This document shows positions 54,451 through 62,303 of a stretch of DNA of 64,000 nt, one piece after another. The DNA is from an uncultured Acidobacteriota bacterium (lineage in GTDB: Bacteria; Acidobacteriota; Polarisedimenticolia; J045): assembly GCA_963702425.1 (NCBI GenBank), contig CAVPCQ010000040.1, positions 1-64,000 on the forward strand, written 5' to 3'. Within the stretch, counting starts at the first letter, position 1; every line of letters starts with the position of its first letter. The translations under genes and the position numbers were made by a program. The notes under the pieces were generated by a model. It did not search any database. It was not told the DNA's origin and saw nothing but the letters and a program-made list of their open reading frames with translations.

Positions 54451-56400
54451 TTACCACTTCTTCGATGGCGGCTGGAATACTCCGTGAAACTCGACACGAT
54501 CCTCGTACGCCCTGCCACTCCCAGGCCCTGATGCACCCAGACGAACCCCGGGCTGGTTTTTTGCTCTATTGTACAGATCGTCGATTGCAGCGAGATAATC
54601 TGCCATCAAGGAGAAACTATAGGAGAAGACAAAGATCGGTGAAAGTACAACGTAGTTCCAGGCGAGAGCGAAGGACTTGAGAGACTGGAAGGCAGGGTCG
54701 GGCCTCCATGAGTTCGTTGGTTCATACGCCGGCTTCAGGAGGGTGCGCAGGAAACTCTCAATCGTGGTGGTGCAGTTACGCGTAGTGAGGCAGTAGTCCT
54801 GACCTTCCTTGCGCCCAGCCTCGATGAGAGCAACCATTTGCAGGTCCATTCCGACAGTGGTCAAGATCCACACAAAATCTGTCTCGCGCTCGGCATAATC
54901 CCTTGGAGAGGTCTGCATGCTTGGGACGCAGCTATTGGCACTGAGAAGTGCCTCGCCGCCGCTCCTAGGGCGAAGCTCCAGCTTGCCAAGGTCTTTCCGC
55001 TGTTGTTGACGACCTCCATGTAGAGGTGTGGCCCGCGTCCCTGCGAGATGAGAGCCGATTCGACGTATGTTATTCGGTAATGTCGTCCGTCAGGATCCCA
55101 GAATGCTATCGGGTTGTTCCTGGAATACCCGAATCGTGAGCCGATTGCCTGAGTATCGGCAGTCGCGATCGCTCCGGAATCGACCGCGACGAACCCACCA
55201 AGTGCAGCCGCGTAGTACCTCGCCATCATGTAATCCAGCCCCGTCGCCAAGTCCCGCTCGTGCCCCGTGAACTGCCGCGTGCTCCCCCCGACGGACGGCG
55301 TCGCGCTCTGCGGCATCCGCGCCCCGTACGGGTAGTCGTCGTATCCCACGACCACGTACCCCGCTTCATCCGTCACGTTGCGCAGCGTCCCGAGGTGGTC
55401 GCGGTGGTGGTACCAGTTGACGAAGGCCGGCCCGCTCGGCGGGTCCGGCGGGTCCGGCCCTCCACCGGGGCAGGGGTTCATGCCGATCCCCTGCTCGCCC
55501 GCCTCCGCGGAGGGCAGACCGGCCATCGGGCTCGCCGCCGCATCGACGGTCTCCAGGTAGAGCGCGCCACACGGCGCCGACAGCGCCTGCGACGCCAGGG
55601 TGTACGACAGCACGCTCGACGGCAGCGCCGTCGGGGTCAGCAGCACCGTCGTCAGCCCGTCGCTGGATCGGAAGAACAGGCGCTGGGCTTTCCCCGTGTC
55701 CTGCACCAAGCCCCAGCGCACCACCAGGTTGTTCGACGCCCAGTGGATCGCGAGCGCTCGGACCGGGTTGGGAGAGGTCGCCGTCACGGCTGGATCGTAC
55801 GCCAGGGAGACCGGCGCCGAATAGCCCGACCCGACCTGGCCGTCCTTCCGGATCCGGACCGCGTTCGACTCCAGGGGCGAGAGCGCGCTCTCCGGCAGCG
55901 TGAACCGCCCCTGGGCGTCGAGCGTCACCCCCGTGACCCGATTCCGGTAGCCGGAGGGCGCCGCGATGTCCACCGTGTACGATCCGGCACCCGCTCCCGA
56001 GGTCACCAGGAAGCGCTCGTTCGTGCCGCTGGTCAGCGGGCTGTTCGCCGCCATCTCGGGCGGGGCCACGCCGACCTTGCGCTCCAGCAGCAGTTTCCCC
56101 AGTCCGTACACGAAGTCCGCCTTCAGCACCGGGCCCCCGCTGGTCGGGGTTTCCACGAACTCCGACAGCGCTTGACCGCCCTCGTCGCGCAGCGTCAGGA
56201 CGACCTTCCCATCGCGGCCCATCCGGAACCAGCGCTGCCCGGCGGCGTCGTAGCGGTACCATTCGCCGGGCACCCCGGCGCTCGTCCAGGGGTCGCCTTC
56301 CACGAAGGCCTGCATCCGGTTGTTGGCGTCCCAGCGGGCCCCCACGGCTTGCTGCTGCTGGCCCAGGAAGCGCACCAGGTTGCCGTTGGGGCGCGACGGC
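54451..56400 (-). CDS. Orphan RHS cassette D with a putative permuted papain-like toxin (frameshift near 54970)
   Basis: YRYDAAGQR, YHHRDHLG, FTGHERD, DYMMARYY, NPIAFWDPDGR. The tip has PHLYMEV...SWSF[GP], and YCLTTRNCTT follows in the next frame. No native start is evident. Confidence 0.8.
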
Positions 56401-56760
56401 TCACCGCCGCCGCCCCCGCCAATACAACGGTCCGAGCCAAAGGAGCGCATTCGCAACGAACGGTGCACCGATGAAGCCCAACCAGCACACGATCCTGAAT
56501 GGGAGGAGCGACCCAAAGAGCGTGAGCGTCGGAACGGAACATACGAGTGAGCCGGGTATTCCGCTGAGGAGGATGTGCACGTCGTAGTGGCCATCGCCGG
56601 CGCCAAACCCCCACCCGTTTGCCGCAAAGAAGCACGTCCCAAGAGCCATCTGAAAGAGTGGAATGGCTATGCGTCGAACTGCCTGACCTCTCGAGACGGC
56701 GGCGGCGTCCGCACGCCCTTGCGACCGTCGGTCGTGAGCGTCTTCACCGAGGTTCTGCAA
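56401..56760 (-). CDS. Putative membrane immunity protein for cassette C toxin
   Basis: About three TM segments, ANGW/YDV/GIPGSL motifs, homologous to 61776-62201. Start is uncertain. Confidence 0.65.
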   Translation of the reverse strand: MQNLGEDAHDRRSQGRADAAAVSRGQAVRRIAIPLFQMALGTCFFAANGWGFGAGDGHYDVHILLSGIPGSLVCSVPTLTLFGSLLPFRIVCWLGFIGAPFVANALLWLGPLYWRGRRR

Positions 56761-56785
56761 CACCGAGTATTCTCCCGTACGTGAG

Positions 56786-58681
56786 CTACTTCGTGGGGGG
56801 TGACCCGGTCGCACTGCTCGGCGTCTGCGCGTTCTTCGCCTGAATCACAGTGCGGATGCGTCTGATCTTTCCTTCGATCGCCCGTAACAGCGCCGCCTTC
56901 ATCGCTGGATCGGAGCAACTAGCCCAAGTTCGCACTTGGCGCTCGATCTGCTTGAAGTCCACCGGCGCCGCTACTCCACGCCCTGTCTCTCGGTTGAAAC
57001 CGACAATCGCATCGAAGGTGGCGCGCGCCGCCTCCACAAGCCGGTCTGGATTTCGGCTCGTGCGGTCCGGGCTCATGTTCAGCAGGTTCATGAGCGAGTG
57101 CCCAATGCCGACTGAGTAGCCTGCATGGGAGTAGGTATCCTGTGTGACGTGCAGCGCCGTTCCAAGTTCCCACGGGTCATGATGGCCGAGAGCCGCTGTC
57201 ATCAACTCGCCCTGTCTGCTTCCGGTGTTTCCGAATGCGTGCCAGTCCCGTTGGTTCTCCATGGACTCGGAGGCACTGGTATCCAGATCGACGCGCTCGT
57301 CCGCAGCGGCGATCGTAGCAGCGTCGCTCGCCGACGATCCTGCCGCAAGGGCGAGAATCGCGGTCAGGTCGTGATGAACATCTTGGCCATACCGTCCGTC
57401 GGGATCGTAGAAGCGAATCGGATTATCGAAGACGAAGCTGTACCGATTCAACGAAGCGGGGCGCTGTGGATCGCCCATCACGCTGTCGGCACTCAGGAAC
57501 CCCCCCATCCCCGCCCCGTAGTACCGCGCCATCATGTAAGCCAGCCCCGTCGCCAGATCCCGCTCGTGCCCCGTGAACTGCCGCGTGCTCCCCCCGACCG
57601 ACGGCGCCGCGTTCTGCGGCATCCGCGCCCCGTAGGGGTAGTCGTCGTATCCCACGACCACGTACCCCGCTTCGTCCGTCACGTTGCGCAGCGTCCCGAG
57701 GTGGTCGCGGTGGTGGTACCAGTTGACGAAAGCCGGCCCTGCCGGCGGGTCCGGCGGGTCTGGCGCTCCACCGGGGCAGGGATTCATGCCGATCCCCTGC
57801 TCGCCCGCCTCCGCGGAGGGCAGACCGGCCATCGGGCTCGCCGCCGCATCGACGGTCTCCAGGTAGAGCGCGCCACACGGCGCCGACAGTGCCTGCGATG
57901 CCAGCGTGTACGACAGCACGCTCGACGGCAGCGCCGTCGGGGTCAGCAGCACGGTAGTCTGCCCGTCGCTTGATTGGAAGTAGAGGCGCTGGGCTTTCCC
58001 CGTGTCCTGCACCAGGCTCCAGCGCACCACCAAGTTGTTGGACGCCCAGTGGATCGAGAGCGCTCGAACCGGGTTGGGAGAGGTCGCCGTCACGGTCGGA
58101 TCGTACGCCAGGGAGACCGGCGCCGAATAGCCCGATCCGACCTGGCCGTCTTTCCGGATCCGGACCGCGTTCGACTCCTGGGGCGAGAGCGCGCTCTCCG
58201 GCAGCGTGAACCGCCCCTGGGCATCGAGCGTCACCCCCGCGACGCGATTCCGGTAGCCGGAGGGCGCCGCGATGTCCACCGTGTACGATCCGGCGCCCGC
58301 TCCCGAGGTCACCAGGAAGCGCTCGTTCGTGCCGCTGGTCAGCGGGCTATTCGCCGCCATCTCGGGCGGGGCCACGCCGACCTTGCGCTCCACCAGCAGT
58401 TTCCCCAGTCCGTACACGAAGTCCGCCTTCAGCACCGGGCCCCCGCTAGTCGGGGTCTCCACGAACTCCGACAGCGCTTGACCGCCCTCGTCGCGCAGCG
58501 TCAGGACGACCTTCCCATCGCGGCCCATCCGGAACCAGCGCTGCCCGGCGGCGTCGTAGGGAAACGCGGCGTCGGTCATCCGGTTGTCGTTGTTCTCCAG
58601 CACCTGCGGGAACGTGTGCGCGAAATCGTGTCCCGGCGGCTCGGGAACCTGCGTCGTGGACACGCGAGTCTGCGACAGCAT
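56786..58681 (-). CDS. Orphan RHS cassette C with a Zn-PLC/P1-nuclease/HET-C-like toxin
   Basis: RHS core through NPIRFYDPDGR; tip YGQDVH...WHAF...LGTALHVTQDTYSH...GH...PD. Confidence 0.85.
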   Translation of the reverse strand: MLSQTRVSTTQVPEPPGHDFAHTFPQVLENNDNRMTDAAFPYDAAGQRWFRMGRDGKVVLTLRDEGGQALSEFVETPTSGGPVLKADFVYGLGKLLVERKVGVAPPEMAANSPLTSGTNERFLVTSGAGAGSYTVDIAAPSGYRNRVAGVTLDAQGRFTLPESALSPQESNAVRIRKDGQVGSGYSAPVSLAYDPTVTATSPNPVRALSIHWASNNLVVRWSLVQDTGKAQRLYFQSSDGQTTVLLTPTALPSSVLSYTLASQALSAPCGALYLETVDAAASPMAGLPSAEAGEQGIGMNPCPGGAPDPPDPPAGPAFVNWYHHRDHLGTLRNVTDEAGYVVVGYDDYPYGARMPQNAAPSVGGSTRQFTGHERDLATGLAYMMARYYGAGMGGFLSADSVMGDPQRPASLNRYSFVFDNPIRFYDPDGRYGQDVHHDLTAILALAAGSSASDAATIAAADERVDLDTSASESMENQRDWHAFGNTGSRQGELMTAALGHHDPWELGTALHVTQDTYSHAGYSVGIGHSLMNLLNMSPDRTSRNPDRLVEAARATFDAIVGFNRETGRGVAAPVDFKQIERQVRTWASCSDPAMKAALLRAIEGKIRRIRTVIQAKNAQTPSSATGSPPTK

Positions 58682-58780
58682 GTTCCCGGCCAGGTCGCAC
58701 AGCCCAGCAAGACCGGCGCCGAACAGCCCGAGCCTGGCTTTCCCTCCTTCGGAATCCGGTACAAGTACCCGCTACTGCAA

Positions 58781-59380
58781 CTACTCACTCCGGAATCCCT
58801 CCAAGCATCTCTCCTCGAGGCGTAGCTCTCCCGCTACGAGCGGCGAGATCAACTCCAGCGCGATCTCGTAGAGCACGTTCGTGTCTTCCCCGACCGCCCG
58901 ATAACGCGGCCAGTAGGTCCCGGAGCCTACGAACCGGCATACCGAGCCATCATCCCCCACGACGAATAGCAGCGCGGGCCCTCCTCCACGCCAGACCGCG
59001 ACGCGCAGGCCGTCAGGGCACGGCTCGGCGCTCTGTGTCTCCTCGAACTTCAGCTTGCCAAGCGCCTCCCTCAGACGCTTGGACATCGACCAGCCTCGGA
59101 GCTGACCACGGACTTGCCACAGCCGCGGCTCATTCATGCTCTGACCTTCCGGGCCTGGAATCAAGCTCTGCGAACCCACGCCCCGCCACCTGCCCAACTC
59201 CAGCGTGAGTTCTTCATCCGTCGCGAGCACGGCGTCGATCGCAGCGAGTAGCGAAGAGCGGGCATCCTCTCTATCTTCTCCCGACGGCGAACTCTGCCCG
59301 ACTGCCATGATCATGAAGACGATTACCACGGCAAGCCGACTCGAACGTCGACTTTGCGCCCAGGATGACCCACTCTTCAT
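58781..59380 (-). CDS. Exported hypothetical protein (second or orphan immunity candidate)
   Basis: GGAGGT RBS, signal-peptide-like N-terminus, located within the toxin array. Confidence 0.6.
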   Translation of the reverse strand: MKSGSSWAQSRRSSRLAVVIVFMIMAVGQSSPSGEDREDARSSLLAAIDAVLATDEELTLELGRWRGVGSQSLIPGPEGQSMNEPRLWQVRGQLRGWSMSKRLREALGKLKFEETQSAEPCPDGLRVAVWRGGGPALLFVVGDDGSVCRFVGSGTYWPRYRAVGEDTNVLYEIALELISPLVAGELRLEERCLEGFRSE

Positions 59381-59402
59381 CAATACCTCCGGGTCGGCAC
59401 CG

Positions 59403-60092
59403 TCACTTGCCCGGCCGAGGCACATATCCGTACCCGTAGACAAGTTCAACGCACTCTCGCTGCAACTTCGACCCGCCCGGCACCGCGCTCCGAAAAGCCG
59501 CGAGAGCCGCCTCGAGAATCACATTCGCCGTCCCACCCCGAACTCCCAGGCACTGGTCCCTCCAGAGAATGCCATTCCATCCCTTGCCGACATAGAACAC
59601 CAGCAGTTGACAATCCTCGTCCCAGATCGTGACCCGAAGCCTGGCACCACAAGTATCGTGGTTCTCATACCGGTAGACTGTCATGGCGTGGATGAAGGAA
59701 CGAGCTGCATCGCCTTCCAGTACATATCGAATACCCCCGCTACTCGGGTCCCACCAGAGTTTCTCATTCAGAGCTTCGACTCCCATCGACACCGTCGAAT
59801 CCGGACGCACATCGTATCCCTCGATGTCGACTCTCGGACTATCAGATCGCAGTGCGTCCTTGAGTCGCTTTTCGAAGTCGGTTGTCAATGTCGGATCATG
59901 GCGATCCGGCCTTTCCTGCGGAGCGCCTGGGACGGGTGGCGGCGTCGGATTCGACATGTCGCAGGCGAGCGCCCCCAAGACGAGAGCCGCGATCCCGAGC
60001 CCACAGTGAAGCGCGCGCGGCCGGTGGGCTTGCTCCGGGCGTCGCTGCAGATAGCCGTGAGCTGTCGAATCACCGGGTACGGCTTGATGCAT
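59403..60092 (-). CDS. Putative lipoprotein immunity protein for cassette B toxin
   Basis: Hydrophobic stretch ending in lipobox ALAC, directly downstream of the HExxH toxin. Start is uncertain. Confidence 0.6.
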   Translation of the reverse strand: MHQAVPGDSTAHGYLQRRPEQAHRPRALHCGLGIAALVLGALACDMSNPTPPPVPGAPQERPDRHDPTLTTDFEKRLKDALRSDSPRVDIEGYDVRPDSTVSMGVEALNEKLWWDPSSGGIRYVLEGDAARSFIHAMTVYRYENHDTCGARLRVTIWDEDCQLLVFYVGKGWNGILWRDQCLGVRGGTANVILEAALAAFRSAVPGGSKLQRECVELVYGYGYVPRPGK

Positions 60093-60178
60093 CTCTTGCT
60101 GCGAAGAGTGGCGATCGCAGGCGGTCTGCTTCACGCTGCTCCGATGGGATAGCGCAGGAGTTTGCCCATACAAGCTCA

Positions 60179-61792
60179 TCAGTGGCAACTTCCGAGGGGT
60201 AGGGACAGGCAGAGATTCCAGTCGCTGCCCCACCAGTTGGTGCTGCCACTCGTGTCATTGACGCTTACCTTGTGCCGCGGCACCACGAGCACTGGCGGCT
60301 GCGGCGCGGCTCCGTTGACTTGGAACTGGTACTGGTAGCCTAGCAACGTCGGCTCGCCCGAGTAGAGCAGGCGGATGGGCTCGCCGAGGCTCGCCGCGAC
60401 GTTGTTCTCGTAATCAAGAGCTAGCTTCTCAAGAGCATTGGCGCTCGCCCATCCGTTGTTGTCCCGCGTGTCCCATATGTCCCGCACGAAGACGTCGCGA
60501 AGAAGCGAATAGGAAGCCGCGCCCAGTGCGGCGAAGTCGAAGGCGTGGCTTGCCTCGTGAACGAGCGAGACTGCTGGCGACCTCAGGTAGTCACCGTCTT
60601 TCCCGGGGCGGGCGTTGGCGGCGGTCAACGTGAGCCATGACCGTGGGTTCCAGAAGATCGTTGGGCCGCCTGGGTGCCCGGATTGGAACCGGTTGTCCTT
60701 GTCCGTAAGCTCGAGGCGCGTCTTGTTGTCCGCCTCGGCCCTCTTCAGGAATGCGCGGCCCTCTGCAGTCTTCGCGAGTATGGGTTGGACATGCTGATTC
60801 CAGACGTCCTTTGTAGCCGCGCTCATCGCGAAGTCCCCCGTCGGATCTGCGAACTTGGACGGATTGCCGAGAACGTAAGCGTAGCGATTGGCGGTCTGAG
60901 GGACCCCGGTGCGCGCACTCGCCGCGAGTCCGTCCGCGCTCAGGAATAGCCCGGCGCCCGCCCCGTAGTACCGCGCCCCCATGTAATCCAGCCCCGTCGC
61001 CAGGTCCCGCTCGTGCCCCGTGTACTGCCGGGTGCTCCCCCCGACCGACGGCGTCGCGCTCTGCGGCATCCGCGCCCCGTACGGATAGTCGTCGTATCCC
61101 ACGACCACGTACCCCGCCTCGTCCGTCACGTTCCGCAGCGTCCCGAGGTGATCGCGGTGGTGGTACCAGTTGACGAAGGCCGGCCCGCTCGGCGGGTCTG
61201 GCGCTCCACCGGGGCAGGGATTCATGCCGATCCCCTGCTCGCCCGCGGCCGCGGAGGGCAGACCGGCCATCGGGCTCGCCGCCGCCTCGAGGGTCTCCAG
61301 GTAGAGCGCGCCGCACGGCGCCGACAGCGCTTGCGACGCCAGGGTGTACGACAGCACGCTCGACGGCAGCGCCGTCGGGGTCAGCAGCACCGTCGTCAGC
61401 CCGTCGCTGGATCGGAAGAACAGGCGCTGGGCTTTCCCCGTGTCCTGCGCCAGGCTCCAGCGCACCACCAGGTTGTTCGACGCCCAGTGGATCGAGAGCG
61501 CTCGGACCGGGTTGGGAGAAGTCGCCGTCACGGTCGGATCGTACGCCAAGGAGACCGGCGCCGAATAGCCCGATCCGACTTGGCCGTCCTTCCGGATCCG
61601 GACCGCGTTCGACTCCAGGGGCGAGAGCGCGCTCTCCGGCAGCGTGAACCTGCCCTGGGCGTCGAGCGTCACGCCGGGGATCCGGTTGCGACAACCGGAG
61701 CTTGCTGCCACGTCCACCGTGTACGCCCCCGCGCCGGCGCCGCTGGTCACCACGAACCGATACTTCGTCGCGCGCTCACCGAGCATGCCCAT
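60179..61792 (-). CDS. Orphan RHS cassette B with an HExxH zinc-metallopeptidase toxin
   Basis: RHS core through NPSKFADPTGD; tip contains SLVHEASHAFD and a downstream E...EN...LGEPIR. Confidence 0.85.
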   Translation of the reverse strand: MGMLGERATKYRFVVTSGAGAGAYTVDVAASSGCRNRIPGVTLDAQGRFTLPESALSPLESNAVRIRKDGQVGSGYSAPVSLAYDPTVTATSPNPVRALSIHWASNNLVVRWSLAQDTGKAQRLFFRSSDGLTTVLLTPTALPSSVLSYTLASQALSAPCGALYLETLEAAASPMAGLPSAAAGEQGIGMNPCPGGAPDPPSGPAFVNWYHHRDHLGTLRNVTDEAGYVVVGYDDYPYGARMPQSATPSVGGSTRQYTGHERDLATGLDYMGARYYGAGAGLFLSADGLAASARTGVPQTANRYAYVLGNPSKFADPTGDFAMSAATKDVWNQHVQPILAKTAEGRAFLKRAEADNKTRLELTDKDNRFQSGHPGGPTIFWNPRSWLTLTAANARPGKDGDYLRSPAVSLVHEASHAFDFAALGAASYSLLRDVFVRDIWDTRDNNGWASANALEKLALDYENNVAASLGEPIRLLYSGEPTLLGYQYQFQVNGAAPQPPVLVVPRHKVSVNDTSGSTNWWGSDWNLCLSLPLGSCH

Positions 61793-62201
61793 CGTGCTCG
61801 CTTCTCTTTCGCTTCTTCGGCATCAACTCGAGACGCTCTACGATGTCACCGTCGTCCATCGGCCGGCACCTCCTTCGGTCACGCCAACCCCAGAACCGCA
61901 GCCAGATCGCGCAGTTGATCAGGAGGGGAAGAAGCACGACGATGCCAAGAGGGCTGAGGATTAGCGGTAAGCCGGCGAACGGAGCGACGAAGAGAACCAG
62001 AGAACCCGGGAGCCCGACTACGTGCAACAACACATCGTATGGACGTTCTCCGTCGAAGAGGTCCCATCCGTTTGCACGCAACAACGCCGCGGAGACGAAC
62101 GCCTGGACGAATGGCACCGCACAGCGCAGCGCCCGCTGCGTAAGCGCTCGCCAGACTCCGCCAGTCGTCCCTATTCGTTCAGTCTCCATGTGTTCCATCA
62201 C
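61776..62201 (-). CDS. Putative membrane immunity protein for cassette A toxin
   Basis: About three TM segments, ANGW/YDV/GLPGSL motifs, homologous to 56401-56760. Confidence 0.65.
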   Translation of the reverse strand: MMEHMETERIGTTGGVWRALTQRALRCAVPFVQAFVSAALLRANGWDLFDGERPYDVLLHVVGLPGSLVLFVAPFAGLPLILSPLGIVVLLPLLINCAIWLRFWGWRDRRRCRPMDDGDIVERLELMPKKRKRSEHDGHAR

Positions 62202-62303
62202 TGCAATTGTAGCCCGCGAACCCGCTACTGCACTCAGGCCCGGAGAAAGAGAGCAGTGACGAGCGCGAGGCGATCTGCCACTCCTTCGTCAGCGTGGCGA
62301 CAC

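Noticed and set aside
58767-62232. Shared 13-mer acccgctactgca at 58767 and 62220 as a cassette recombination site
   Set aside because: There are only two copies, in non-equivalent positions, and other cassette junctions lack it. Chance cannot be excluded.
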